A stretch of 36,245 nucleotides of DNA from a virus (Duplodnaviria; Caudoviricetes). Below the pieces are notes generated by a model that saw nothing but the letters and a program-made list of their open reading frames with translations, ran no database searches and was not told the DNA's origin. The stretch covers positions 1 to 36,245 of IMG/VR virus record IMGVR_UViG_3300016472_000018; one strand, 5' to 3'. Made by a program: the position numbers and the translations under genes. Shown one piece after another: positions 8,184 through 17,361 of the stretch (the first letter of the stretch is position 1; every line of letters begins with the position of its first letter).

Positions 8184-8503
8184 AAGATCCTCACAAAGCG
8201 GTTGATTACATTCTTAAACACGCGCAACAGTTTGCCGATGCCAAAGCTCAGAGAGTCTATTTGGAAGAATTTAGGAAGTCTAAAAAAGCGATTTTGATGA
8301 AGGGCTCACTTGAGTCAGCATTGGGAGCGCAGGAAAGAGACGCTTACGCTCATCCCGATTACTTGCAGTTATTAAAAGCTCTTGAAGCCGCGGTTCAGAT
8401 CGAAGAGAAGTTACGCTGGGATCTGATCGCCGCTCAGGCAAGAATCGAGATCTGGAGATCAGAGCAGGCAAATTTAAGGGCAGACATTAGGAACACTGCA
8501 TGA
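8180..8503 (+). CDS. conserved helical hypothetical protein
   Basis: AQERDAYAHPDY...IEIWRSEQAN; coupled within the recombination operon. Confidence 0.8.
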   Translation: MKDPHKAVDYILKHAQQFADAKAQRVYLEEFRKSKKAILMKGSLESALGAQERDAYAHPDYLQLLKALEAAVQIEEKLRWDLIAAQARIEIWRSEQANLRADIRNTA

Positions 8504-8796
8504 ATTGGAGATCCGTAAAACTATTAGAGGCTTGCAGGGAACTACCCTGTACGCTGTGCGGAGCAGAAGATGGGACGATTGTTGCAGCTCACTCTAATCA
8601 ACAGCGAGACGGCAAAGGAACTGGCATAAAGGCTCATGACTACAGGGTTGCTGCGCTTTGTTTTCGTTGCCATGCGGCAATTGACCAAGGCCACAGAATG
8701 AGTAAGGAGGAAAAACAGCAGGTCTGGGAAAAGGCTCACCGAAAGACCATTGGATTCTTATTTGAAAAAGGTAAATTAAATGTCATCCGTAAATAA
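8500..8796 (+). CDS. DUF1364/YbcO-like zinc-binding putative nuclease
   Basis: PCTLCG...VAAHSN...GTGIKAHD...ALCFRCH..ID. Confidence 0.8.
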   Translation: MNWRSVKLLEACRELPCTLCGAEDGTIVAAHSNQQRDGKGTGIKAHDYRVAALCFRCHAAIDQGHRMSKEEKQQVWEKAHRKTIGFLFEKGKLNVIRK

Positions 8797-9148
8797 AGTC
8801 ATTCTTGTTGGCAACGTTGGAAAAGATCCTGAAACAAGATTTTCTGAATCAGGAACTGCGATTGCTAACCTAACGATAGCAACAACAAACAGGTTCAAAA
8901 ACAAACAAGGTCAAACTCAGGAAGACACAGAATGGCATCGTGTCGTTGCCTACGGAAAATTGGCTGAAATTATCGACAAGTACGTTCAAAAGGGAAAGCC
9001 TTTGTACATAGAAGGGCGTTTACAGACGCGGAAGTGGACAGACAAACAAGGTGTGGATAGATACACCACCGAGATTGTGGCCGAGCAAATGCAGATGCTT
9101 GGTCAAAAAGAATCTAAAAAGACTGATGACGATGACATCGCATTTTGA
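8780..9148 (+). CDS. ssb: single-stranded DNA-binding protein
   Basis: [15 protein letters not shown]...TEWHRVV...[11 protein letters not shown], acidic DDDIAF tail. Confidence 0.97.
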   Translation: MSSVNKVILVGNVGKDPETRFSESGTAIANLTIATTNRFKNKQGQTQEDTEWHRVVAYGKLAEIIDKYVQKGKPLYIEGRLQTRKWTDKQGVDRYTTEIVAEQMQMLGQKESKKTDDDDIAF

Positions 9149-9731
9149 ACAAGGCTCGGATGCCTGGAGGCTTGCAAGGCTAGGGAAGGTGACAGCTTCC
9201 CGTGTTTCAGATGCAAGATCCAAAAAAGGAACGGCTACGCGAGCAAACTATATTGCCGACATCATCGCAGAGCGTCTCACAAACACTGTAGCCGAGTCTT
9301 ACACAAACTCTTACATGGAATGGGGAACAACAAACGAACCGCTTGCAAGAGCCGCTTATCAAATTCACACAGGAAACTGGGTAGAGCAAACAGGCTTAAT
9401 AGATCATCCAACCATCCCCAACTTTGCTGCAAGCCCAGATGGGTTGATCGGAGACGATGGGCTAATCGAGATCAAATGCCCCAAAACCGCGACGCATATT
9501 TCTTATCTGACAGCTAAAGAGGTTCCCACAACGTACAAGAACCAAATGCTTGCACAGATGGCTTGTACGGGTCGCAGATGGGTCGATTTTGTTTCGTTTG
9601 ACCCTAGACTGCCTGACAAGTTTCAGCTCTTTGTGGTGCGTTTTGAGCCGTCTGAAGAGGATATAAAAAGCCTAGAAGATGATGTTGTCGCTTTTTTAAA
9701 TGAAGTAACCCAACAAATGGAGAAACTATGA
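9126..9731 (+). CDS. YqaJ/lambda-type exonuclease
   Basis: [20 protein letters not shown]...[17 protein letters not shown]...QM. Confidence 0.93.
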   Translation: MTMTSHFEQGSDAWRLARLGKVTASRVSDARSKKGTATRANYIADIIAERLTNTVAESYTNSYMEWGTTNEPLARAAYQIHTGNWVEQTGLIDHPTIPNFAASPDGLIGDDGLIEIKCPKTATHISYLTAKEVPTTYKNQMLAQMACTGRRWVDFVSFDPRLPDKFQLFVVRFEPSEEDIKSLEDDVVAFLNEVTQQMEKL

Positions 9732-9910
9732 ACTGGAAAGAATTGATTGAAAGCCAACGATCCCCAAGAACCTTTAGACCTGTGGAAGACATCTGGCGAG
9801 AACACGGCTGGAAGCCACCCTCCACAGAGTGTCCAGACACCATCGAAAAACACCGAGCCTTTAGAGCGTGGTCACTGGCTGAAGATCATCAAAGCGGTGA
9901 AATCCAGTGA
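9728..9910 (+). CDS. hypothetical protein
   Basis: ATGA coupling to the exonuclease; IWREHGWKPPS motif. Confidence 0.65.
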   Translation: MNWKELIESQRSPRTFRPVEDIWREHGWKPPSTECPDTIEKHRAFRAWSLAEDHQSGEIQ

Positions 9911-10142
9911 TCGACAGGAAATTGAGGAGGCTTATGAAGCTGCTCTTCCGTATGTCATCCAGGATTGGGCTCACTGGCTTTTGTCGAAGCCTCGTCCGCA
10001 GCGGCTTCCGTTGATCGAAAAGATAGCTAAACATCACGGAGAGGAGATTGGGGAGATGGTGAAGAAACGACTTACCGAGCTACACCTTTCACGCGCTCGA
10101 AACTCCTCATGCCTGCAATCCCTAGCATCCCGCTCAAAATAA
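9897..10142 (+). CDS. hypothetical protein (start uncertain)
   Basis: 3' part of ORF 9747-10142; overlaps the holin end convergently. Confidence 0.55.
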   Translation: MKSSDRQEIEEAYEAALPYVIQDWAHWLLSKPRPQRLPLIEKIAKHHGEEIGEMVKKRLTELHLSRARNSSCLQSLASRSK

Positions 10143-10485
10143 CCCACAAAGCCTCCGTGTTTAACATTGGAGGCGGGGTTACCTCTCTAGGTACATAGTC
10201 TCCGGCTTGCAACCATGCCCATGCCCAGACTAAAAGCGGGTAGAGAAGAAACTGGTAAAACATTGCACCCGCACCAACCCAACCGATAGCGGGTCGCCAG
10301 CCAGCAACAAAGATATTAAAGTTTGCCGCCTCGACCTTGTTGACTTCCATTTGCCCAAGGTCAATTGCCTGATCTATTCGTTTTGCTTCTAACTCAAGCT
10401 CCATCCGTTCTTTGTCTGACGTATGAAGATCTCCAATGACCTTACCGACAGATTCAACGACAGATGAAATGCCAAGAATGTTCAC
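10072..10485 (-). CDS. holin (3TM, GTA-release type / DUF3154-like)
   Basis: QMEVNKVEA...FVAGWRPAIGWV...LSGMLGIAGMRSFERVKG; next to the endolysin. Confidence 0.88.
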   Translation of the reverse strand: MNILGISSVVESVGKVIGDLHTSDKERMELELEAKRIDQAIDLGQMEVNKVEAANFNIFVAGWRPAIGWVGAGAMFYQFLLYPLLVWAWAWLQAGDYVPREVTPPPMLNTEALWVILSGMLGIAGMRSFERVKGVAR

Positions 10486-10976
10486 AATTTAAGTGCTCGA
10501 TTAAGCCAGCCAAGCAAAAATTTAATTTGCGTCCTATCGCGCATCACGATATCTCTGTATCTGGCAACCTTTGCAAGGGCATAGGAAGCCACAAATAGCT
10601 CTGGATCTATGCGGTTAAGGGCATCTACCGACCGAGCGCCAATAACGCCGTCTGGAGCCGTTTTAACGCATATCTGAGCAAGTTTGGAGGCTACAGAAAC
10701 ACCAGCGTTAACAGCAAAGTTGAAGATAGACGACGCGACAATAGGATTTAATTTGTCGCCCTGAATGGCATCCCAATAGTTGACTCTGTAAAAGTCACGA
10801 ACCATCTGTGTTGGTGGTGTTTCACCACGATCAACAAATCCCCACCCAGGCCAATTCGGGTTTTTATTTCTTGCAATACCCGCATAAGTCTGACCTCCGG
10901 TATCACCTTCGATTTTGTGTAAGACGTAACCACCTTCGTCTTGGATCATCTTGTCGTATGCTGTTTCAAACATCAT
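10482..10976 (-). CDS. endolysin, glycoside hydrolase family 108 with PG-binding C-terminus
   Basis: EGGYV...D.GG.T.AGI, FY...YW, FNFAVNAG, DGVIG, F..GWLNR. Confidence 0.92.
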   Translation of the reverse strand: MMFETAYDKMIQDEGGYVLHKIEGDTGGQTYAGIARNKNPNWPGWGFVDRGETPPTQMVRDFYRVNYWDAIQGDKLNPIVASSIFNFAVNAGVSVASKLAQICVKTAPDGVIGARSVDALNRIDPELFVASYALAKVARYRDIVMRDRTQIKFLLGWLNRALKL

Positions 10977-11206
10977 TTGTCCTGTTTGTTGTCCAGTTTG
11001 TCAAATATCTTAGAAAGCATGACTTTTATGTCGTGAATGTCAGTTTCATAGTCTTTCTTGAGAACGAAATCGTGGGGCAGATTCTTTTCTATGTCTCGCA
11101 GATCGCGCTGCATTTCTTTTACAGCTTCCCAGATAATTCTAAAGATCCATCCGAAAGCCGCTGATACAGCACCAAACAAGAAATTAAGTAATGTCTGCGA
11201 GTCCAT
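10973..11206 (-). CDS. small membrane protein (TM plus coiled coil) in lysis cassette
   Basis: N-terminal TM LLNFLFGAVSAAFGWIF; C-terminal DKLDNKQDK. Confidence 0.75.
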   Translation of the reverse strand: MDSQTLLNFLFGAVSAAFGWIFRIIWEAVKEMQRDLRDIEKNLPHDFVLKKDYETDIHDIKVMLSKIFDKLDNKQDK

Positions 11207-12245
11207 AATGCTCAAGATTCCTAGCGAGTCTTTGGTCATCCGGTGAAAGTCTCACCGCTTCTTTACCTTGTCTTATCGCCTCGTCTTTTAAGCCTAAATG
11301 AAATGCAGAGATCGCAGCTAGGTCATGAGGTTTTGCACCCCAGACTTCAGGATCGCAGGTATAAACCAACTGCTTATCTCTGATTTCCAGCGCCATTGTA
11401 GCGGCATGGTGACATTCTTTCCACAAGTGTTTGGTATAACAAGACATCGCAAAATCAACCCACGGCTCTCTAGTACCTGGAGCCTCAGCAATCGCCATGC
11501 GATACCACTTTAGAGCTTCCCAGTAATTTTGCTTTGCGTCGTAGGATTTACCTAAAAGCCGCATTGCGTAACACCGTTCATTCGCCCAGGTCGCTTCTGG
11601 CATCTTCAGATAAGCGTTTAAAGCCTCTATGGCCTCATCCCATAAAGAATAGAAAGTTAGCTCACGGGCGAAGTAGAAAGCGTTTCTAGGGCATCTAGGA
11701 TCTTCTTTAACAGACATTCTAAGTAGATCAAGATACTGTCCTCGGGACTTTGTAGGATCGGGATGGTGAGAAACTAGAAGTTTGTCGGTCTGAGCGTAGA
11801 TTTCTTTAATGCGGAGATCGGGAACGGGGTATTCATGGACAGCGTGATGGAATCTATAGCCTTTTTTGGCAAAGATCTTTTCGTAGTAAAACAAAATGCC
11901 GTGACCCCAATCGAACTTATACCTAAGCCTAGTAGTCTCCGGAGTCCAAACGCGCTCGATCTCTTCCCGCCATCCAGGCTCAAGAACCTCATCAAGATCA
12001 AGAGACACGATGACATCAACGTCAGCAGGAACTAAAGCTAGAGCCGCATTTCTTGCTAGGTCAAATCGCCACGGTGTGATGGATATATCGTAAACAGTGA
12101 TGCCGCATTCTCTTGCAAGATCAGCAGTTCCATCTGTTGATCCTGTATCAGCAAGAATGATTAAGTCAGCATCTTTGGCCGACTCGTAAAAACGCTTTAC
12201 AAACTGAGCTTCGTTTTTTGAGATTGCGTTAACGCAAATTTTCAT
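11184..12245 (-). CDS. GT2 (GT-A) glycosyltransferase with C-terminal TPR repeats
   Basis: ISKNE, DTGSTDGT, WRFDLARNAAL, SLDLDE (DxD), VHE; TPR-like helical C-terminus. Confidence 0.92.
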   Translation of the reverse strand: MKICVNAISKNEAQFVKRFYESAKDADLIILADTGSTDGTADLARECGITVYDISITPWRFDLARNAALALVPADVDVIVSLDLDEVLEPGWREEIERVWTPETTRLRYKFDWGHGILFYYEKIFAKKGYRFHHAVHEYPVPDLRIKEIYAQTDKLLVSHHPDPTKSRGQYLDLLRMSVKEDPRCPRNAFYFARELTFYSLWDEAIEALNAYLKMPEATWANERCYAMRLLGKSYDAKQNYWEALKWYRMAIAEAPGTREPWVDFAMSCYTKHLWKECHHAATMALEIRDKQLVYTCDPEVWGAKPHDLAAISAFHLGLKDEAIRQGKEAVRLSPDDQRLARNLEHYGLADIT

Positions 12246-12280
12246 CTTGTTTTGTCCATTCGCCAAAGTATTTCAATCAA

Positions 12281-12580
12281 TTAAATGATTTGATCCGTTG
12301 TTAAACTACTCATCTGATCCGTGGTCAAAACAAGAATCTCTTCAGGCTGAATTGTTTCCGCATTACCCCACTTGCGCTCTACCCAGCTTCTTGTGTCGTG
12401 CTGCCAATTCCACTGGTAGCCTTCTCTGTCTTGTGGCTTGGGATCTCTAATGACCCACTCCCAGTTTAGCCATACCACTTCCTTGCCTTCAGGAGCATCT
12501 GGCTTATCCGGTGCTGGTTGCCAGCCTTCCGTACCATCTGTGGTTTCGTAAGGTATTGATCCGTTCTTTGTCCAAAGCAT
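12281..12580 (-). CDS. Trp-rich tail fibre-associated/assembly protein
   Basis: Follows the LamG fibre gene; P-x-P...W repeats. Confidence 0.65.
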   Translation of the reverse strand: MLWTKNGSIPYETTDGTEGWQPAPDKPDAPEGKEVVWLNWEWVIRDPKPQDREGYQWNWQHDTRSWVERKWGNAETIQPEEILVLTTDQMSSLTTDQII

Positions 12581-12589
12581 ATTTAGTCC

Positions 12590-14620
12590 TTATTGAACGG
12601 GGAAGGCTGCGGTTGGTGGGGTGAAATTGGCTGAATACCTAGCGTATAAAGTAACTCTAGTATCTTGCACATAAGCATTTGCGTTACTTCCACCTGTCCT
12701 GTCAGCAGCAACATACATTGCATTGGTCTGGTTAAAGTCGGTGCTTACCGTTCCCGTCCCATCATTCGTCCCACCTATGTAAATTTTTGTTTGATTTGCG
12801 CCAGTACCTGACCGGACAACAGCAATGTGTGTCCACGTTGTCGCTGAAATCGTACCTGTTGACGTAATGGTGCTTGATCCATAAGTAAAAACAACTTGAT
12901 TGCTGCTATTAAGCGATAACAACCAACCTGTCGTTCCGGTTCCCTTGCCAATCAATCCATATGTTCCAGAAGCATTACGATACACCCAACACTCAACAGT
13001 AAAATTACCTGTACCAATTCTTTGTGATGGGTTATCAGGAATAAGTAAATAATCCCCAGTCCCATCAAAAGCCATACTACTTGGCGGGAACTTATATTGC
13101 GCCGTACTTATCTGAGCATTCCCCACCGTCTCCAAGTCATTCTTACTTGTAGCATCGTAGATACCGGCGTTGGTGAAGTTGAGTAGTAGGGATGTGTTGG
13201 TGATGGCGGTGAGTGGTGCGGCAGGCGGAGTGAAGGCTGCGGTGTAAAGAGCAGTACCACGCAATAGCCGTACATTCGTAATATACCCGGTGAACGGGAA
13301 GTTTGTTCCATATCCTACACCGGCACCAAAAAATTGTCCAGTGTAATTAGAACTATCTGTTACAGATGCAGCCTGTACACCGTTGACAAATAATCTATGA
13401 GTCGTGCCGCTTCTGCAAATTGCCAGGTGATTCCAGGTGTACGCCTGTATAGGAACATTACCGGTAGTATAGCTTCCATTGTTGTAGAAAAAAATGTTGC
13501 CACCTAAAGTAACAGACATACCTATACTATTTGTATAAGCCGGTGTATTCACAGCATAGGCGCTAGGCCCGATTTGCATTATTCCTGGATCACCGGAGAA
13601 TACCCATGTATAAACATAACATTCAAGGGTAAAATCTCCTGTACCGACCGCAAGATTGGCCCCATTAGCCTGAACATAATCTCCACTACCATCAAAATAC
13701 CCTGACCCTCCATAGGTCGCAGCAGACCAGCTTGCAGTGGGGTTGAATGGGGAGAAGGCGACTACGGAGGGGTTGCCGTTTACAGTAGTGGCGAAGTTGT
13801 TAGTGCTGTTGTCTTTGAAGCGGTTGGATTGACAGGTCAGTAAAGAAACAGTGCCGGTAATGTTTTGAGTAGGAACACCGGGTCCAGTACTACCAACAGT
13901 TGTAAGACCTAAAGGTAGATTTGATGGAGTAAATGTTCCCGTAAAAAGCCCTTGGCCCTTAACGACCCGAAGATTTGAAATAAAACCATAATAATTTATG
14001 GTTGATGAAGCATATCCATCTACACAAGTAATAGGCCTGTTAACTCCACATGTATAATTATTAGAATCTGAATACGTGCTGCCAACCTGTGATCCGTTTA
14101 CAAAAAGCCTAGTACTTCCACTTGATTTACATATTGCCACATGAGTCCAGGTGTTAGCTGGAACATTACCCCCCGAAGCAACAACTCCACCTACAAACAA
14201 AATAAGTTGATTAGAAGTTCCTAATCGTATACGCAGAGCTGTTGTGATAGTTCCTTGTCCCTCAGTATCAAATATACTCCTATCAGTCCCGCTGGTAGTA
14301 GGATAAAGCCACGCCTCAAATGTCCAATCACCTGTTCCCATAGCGTTTGCAGTATTAGCACCAGCAAACGATAAATATTTATTTCCACCATCAAAATAAT
14401 TCCCCCACCCAGTCTGTGAGAACGGTGAGAACGTACCCTGTGTCGTGTTCCCGTTGCGGGTGATGGTGAAGTTATTGGTAGAACCGTCTAAGAACGTATT
14501 GTTGTTCTGCCCGTTTGTGCCATTCCCAGGCAACAACAACGTGGTGTATTCAAAAAATGGATCGGCAGCAACTCCACCTGAAAAGATGGAGGCCACCATC
14601 GCCGTAAGTGCGCCAGCCAT
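12590..14620 (-). CDS. tail fibre/receptor-binding protein with three LamG (ConA-like) domains
   Basis: Three repeats of FDG.GDYL...GTGDFT.E.W.Y...WTH.A..R. Confidence 0.88.
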   Translation of the reverse strand: MAGALTAMVASIFSGGVAADPFFEYTTLLLPGNGTNGQNNNTFLDGSTNNFTITRNGNTTQGTFSPFSQTGWGNYFDGGNKYLSFAGANTANAMGTGDWTFEAWLYPTTSGTDRSIFDTEGQGTITTALRIRLGTSNQLILFVGGVVASGGNVPANTWTHVAICKSSGSTRLFVNGSQVGSTYSDSNNYTCGVNRPITCVDGYASSTINYYGFISNLRVVKGQGLFTGTFTPSNLPLGLTTVGSTGPGVPTQNITGTVSLLTCQSNRFKDNSTNNFATTVNGNPSVVAFSPFNPTASWSAATYGGSGYFDGSGDYVQANGANLAVGTGDFTLECYVYTWVFSGDPGIMQIGPSAYAVNTPAYTNSIGMSVTLGGNIFFYNNGSYTTGNVPIQAYTWNHLAICRSGTTHRLFVNGVQAASVTDSSNYTGQFFGAGVGYGTNFPFTGYITNVRLLRGTALYTAAFTPPAAPLTAITNTSLLLNFTNAGIYDATSKNDLETVGNAQISTAQYKFPPSSMAFDGTGDYLLIPDNPSQRIGTGNFTVECWVYRNASGTYGLIGKGTGTTGWLLSLNSSNQVVFTYGSSTITSTGTISATTWTHIAVVRSGTGANQTKIYIGGTNDGTGTVSTDFNQTNAMYVAADRTGGSNANAYVQDTRVTLYARYSANFTPPTAAFPVQ

Positions 14621-15531
14621 CAGGTCACTCCTGGCCCAGTTACCCACCAAGTGTCGGTCGCAACCTTGAGCAATGAAGCCATGCCCTTTGTCGCCACGGT
14701 GCGATTGCCTGTGGTTCCGTTAGCGAGCTGGAATGTCACGCCGGCGCCGGAGATTGTCAGGTTGCCGCTGTTGTTGTTGACGACTAGGATCGTGGTTCCC
14801 GTTGGGAAAGCCACAGATGAATTAGTCGGTACTGTCAAGGTAGCCGTAGATCCACCAGTGAAGTGCACATGGTCACCTGCATCACCTAAAACAAGCGTGT
14901 AAGTCGATCCTGATTGGCTATTCTGTGGTGCGTTGATATAACCCACCGAGCTAATCGCCATCGTGCTGTTCTTCAGTAGCTTGCCCGTCGTCCCGTCGTA
15001 AACCGCAAGAACGTTATCTGTCGAGCTGGCAGGGCCAACCACATCGCCAGCGCCTGCCAAAGCCATCAAGCTCCAGTAGGTTGTATTGGTCGGCAGATTT
15101 CCCGTCGAAGCCAGAATACAGATGTAGGTCGAGTTGTTGTAACTCACCACATTGTTAGCGACATAAGCCGTCGCGCCGTTGTATGCGCCAAGCCAAGTAA
15201 ATGATGTTCCGTTGGTTCCGTTTGTCCCTGCAAGCGCTAGCAATGACCAATATGTGGTGTTGGTTGGAAGATTGCCTGTGCTTTGCAGAATACAAATGTA
15301 ACTGGAGTTGTTGTAACTTACGACATCGTTGGGATAGTAGGTCGTTCCTCCAGCATACGCCCCTTGATAAGTTAGGGTCGCGTATTGGAGCGAGTTCCAA
15401 GCAGTTGAGCCGTTACCTACTTTGAACTTATTAAGCGTCGTATCGACCCCAACCTCTCCCTCCGCCATCGTAGGGTTAGCTGTTGACCATTCCGCCGTTG
15501 TACCTCGACGCATCTGAATTTGTACGGGCAT
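14620..15531 (-). CDS. tail fibre with Mtd-N-like domain and two CBM5/12-like repeats
   Basis: IQMRRGTTAEWSTANPTMAEGEVGVDT...KVGNG..AWNSL; two copies of Y.PN.VVSYN.S.YICI..STGNLPTNTTYW. Confidence 0.85.
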   Translation of the reverse strand: MPVQIQMRRGTTAEWSTANPTMAEGEVGVDTTLNKFKVGNGSTAWNSLQYATLTYQGAYAGGTTYYPNDVVSYNNSSYICILQSTGNLPTNTTYWSLLALAGTNGTNGTSFTWLGAYNGATAYVANNVVSYNNSTYICILASTGNLPTNTTYWSLMALAGAGDVVGPASSTDNVLAVYDGTTGKLLKNSTMAISSVGYINAPQNSQSGSTYTLVLGDAGDHVHFTGGSTATLTVPTNSSVAFPTGTTILVVNNNSGNLTISGAGVTFQLANGTTGNRTVATKGMASLLKVATDTWWVTGPGVT

Positions 15532-16823
15532 TACGGTGTACCTCCATCAATCGGATCTATTGCTGCGTAACTAGAATCAGGCAGACCACCATCTAAATTA
15601 GGACTCCCGCCGCCTCCACCTCCGGAAACCGCAACAGTCACAGCGCTTCCCGCGGCTGTCGCTGTAACTCCAGATCCGGTGAAATCAAACGACGTTACTC
15701 CAGATGTAAGCAGGGAGCCTTCGTCATAAACCGAAATGGAACTACCCCCGCCCCCAGCAGGGCCGGTTGGACCGGTTGGCCCAGTGTTGCCTGTAGCGCC
15801 AACATCCCCTGTCGGGCCCGTAGGCCCAGGAGTCGTGGATGCCGCCCCCGTGGGCCCCGTAGGTCCGTTAACCCCTGCGGCTCCAGTGGGGCCGGTTGGC
15901 CCTGCAACCGTGGAAGGATCGCCGGTAGGGCCGGTCGGGCCAGATGCTCCGGTCGGTCCGGTTGGCCCAACTCCTGCCGATATATTGACTGTTACATCAT
16001 TGCCTACAGCCGTCGCCGTAACGCCAGTTCCAACAAAATCAAACGACGTAACGCTTGTCGTTAATGTTGTCCCTTCGTCCTTGACGGTAATAGCGCTGCC
16101 ACCACCTCCGGCAGGGCCGGTCGGTCCGGTCGGTCCAATATTCCCTGCCGTTCCGCTAGCACCTGTGGGCCCCGTTGGTCCGGCGACTGTGGATGCCGCC
16201 CCTGTTGGGCCGGTCGGGCCAGCCGTTCCTGCATTACCAGTGGGTCCGGTTGGGCCGGCAACTGTGCTTGCTGCACCAGTGGGCCCCGTAGGTCCAGATG
16301 CGCCGTTTGCTCCGGTCGGGCCCGTAGGTCCGGCAACCGTTGAGGCGGCTCCGGTGGGTCCGGTCGCGCCGATATCGCCTGTCGGTCCGGTTGGCCCTGC
16401 CACAGATGAGGCTGCTCCGGTCGGGCCGGTCGGACCGCTATTCCCCAGCGCCCCTGTTGGGCCGGTCGGTCCGGCAACCGAGGATGCTGCGCCAGTAGCG
16501 CCGGTTGGACCGGCAACCCCCGTGGGGCCTGTAGGTCCGGTTGGCCCAACATACTGCCCTGCATCGACCCAAGCAGATCCGCTCCACACATAAAGATGAC
16601 CGTTGGAAGATACGATATAAGCATCGCCTGGGCTATTTCCCGCCGCCGGAAGATCGCCTACGGTCGCAACCGCGCCTTTTAAGACAATTCCCGCGCCAGC
16701 AGGCCCAGTTGGACCATACGGTCCAGTGGGGCCAACAATCCCTTGGTCAATAGTCAGAGTAATCTGATTGTTTTGCTCGACCGTCAAAGAAATGTCGTTT
16801 TCAGTAACTACATTCACGCTCAA
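15531..16823 (-). CDS. collagen-like (Gly-Pro-Thr) tail fibre protein
   Basis: Extensive GPTGPTG repeats interrupted by ASTVA; two DEG..LT..VTSFDF.G.GVTAT domains. Confidence 0.9.
   Translation of the reverse strand: MSVNVVTENDISLTVEQNNQITLTIDQGIVGPTGPYGPTGPAGAGIVLKGAVATVGDLPAAGNSPGDAYIVSSNGHLYVWSGSAWVDAGQYVGPTGPTGPTGVAGPTGATGAASSVAGPTGPTGALGNSGPTGPTGAASSVAGPTGPTGDIGATGPTGAASTVAGPTGPTGANGASGPTGPTGAASTVAGPTGPTGNAGTAGPTGPTGAASTVAGPTGPTGASGTAGNIGPTGPTGPAGGGGSAITVKDEGTTLTTSVTSFDFVGTGVTATAVGNDVTVNISAGVGPTGPTGASGPTGPTGDPSTVAGPTGPTGAAGVNGPTGPTGAASTTPGPTGPTGDVGATGNTGPTGPTGPAGGGGSSISVYDEGSLLTSGVTSFDFTGSGVTATAAGSAVTVAVSGGGGGGSPNLDGGLPDSSYAAIDPIDGGTP
15750..16560 (-). repeat. degenerate tandem repeats encoding GPTGPTG collagen units
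   Basis: Many GGNCCGGTNGGNCC-type units. Confidence 0.9.
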
Positions 16824-17302
16824 TTGGTCACCCCATTTGATCTAACTAAAAACAGCAAAAAGACAATTAAATCTTGAGCTGGGGTTGATCCACTGGCAGG
16901 AATCGCAACCGTAATGTTTCCCGAAAAACCCACTGGGTTTTCTGCATTGATATCCAACTCAGTGTCTGTTGAAAGAACCAACCAAGTTGATTCATCTATC
17001 ACCAGCGTAAAAGATCCGGTCGACAGACTTTGGTTTGCAATTGTTAAATTAACAGCCGTGGGAGGAGGGCTAAAGTCTGCAATGTCAAATGTCAATCCGT
17101 AGCGCGAATCTCTGACATTGGAAAGCTGTCTTCGGATAATTTGGCTCGTAATGGTTGCGCCCGTCAAATTCCTTGGCGTTCCATCTGCATTATTAAGAGT
17201 AATATTCCAGTAAGTTTTTTGGTTGTAAACCAACTCACCAGCAATAATTTGATTGTCAAACCCGCTGACTTGCGTCAACGTGTTTTTTGAAAAGATTGCC
17301 AC
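16820..17302 (-). CDS. virion structural protein (BppU-like fibre attachment, putative)
   Basis: [16 protein letters not shown] motif; lies between the tail tip and the fibres. Confidence 0.65.
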   Translation of the reverse strand: MAIFSKNTLTQVSGFDNQIIAGELVYNQKTYWNITLNNADGTPRNLTGATITSQIIRRQLSNVRDSRYGLTFDIADFSPPPTAVNLTIANQSLSTGSFTLVIDESTWLVLSTDTELDINAENPVGFSGNITVAIPASGSTPAQDLIVFLLFLVRSNGVTN

Positions 17303-17361
17303 GTTTCCCTCACTCGGTAAATTACGTTCGCCAAGTACCCTCAGCAGAACGATGGGCTATC

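Noticed and set aside
14620-15531. Diversity-generating retroelement suggested by the Mtd-like domain and duplicated repeats
   Set aside because: No reverse transcriptase; both repeats are in-frame coding and differ at non-adenine, mostly synonymous sites
15750-16560. Repeats as a CRISPR array
   Set aside because: Repeats vary at third codon positions and encode collagen; no unique spacers or cas genes
15736-16593. 285-aa plus-strand PVGPVG ORF and other alternate-frame ORFs over the collagen gene
   Set aside because: Antisense shadow of GGN-CCN-ACN codons, which lack stops
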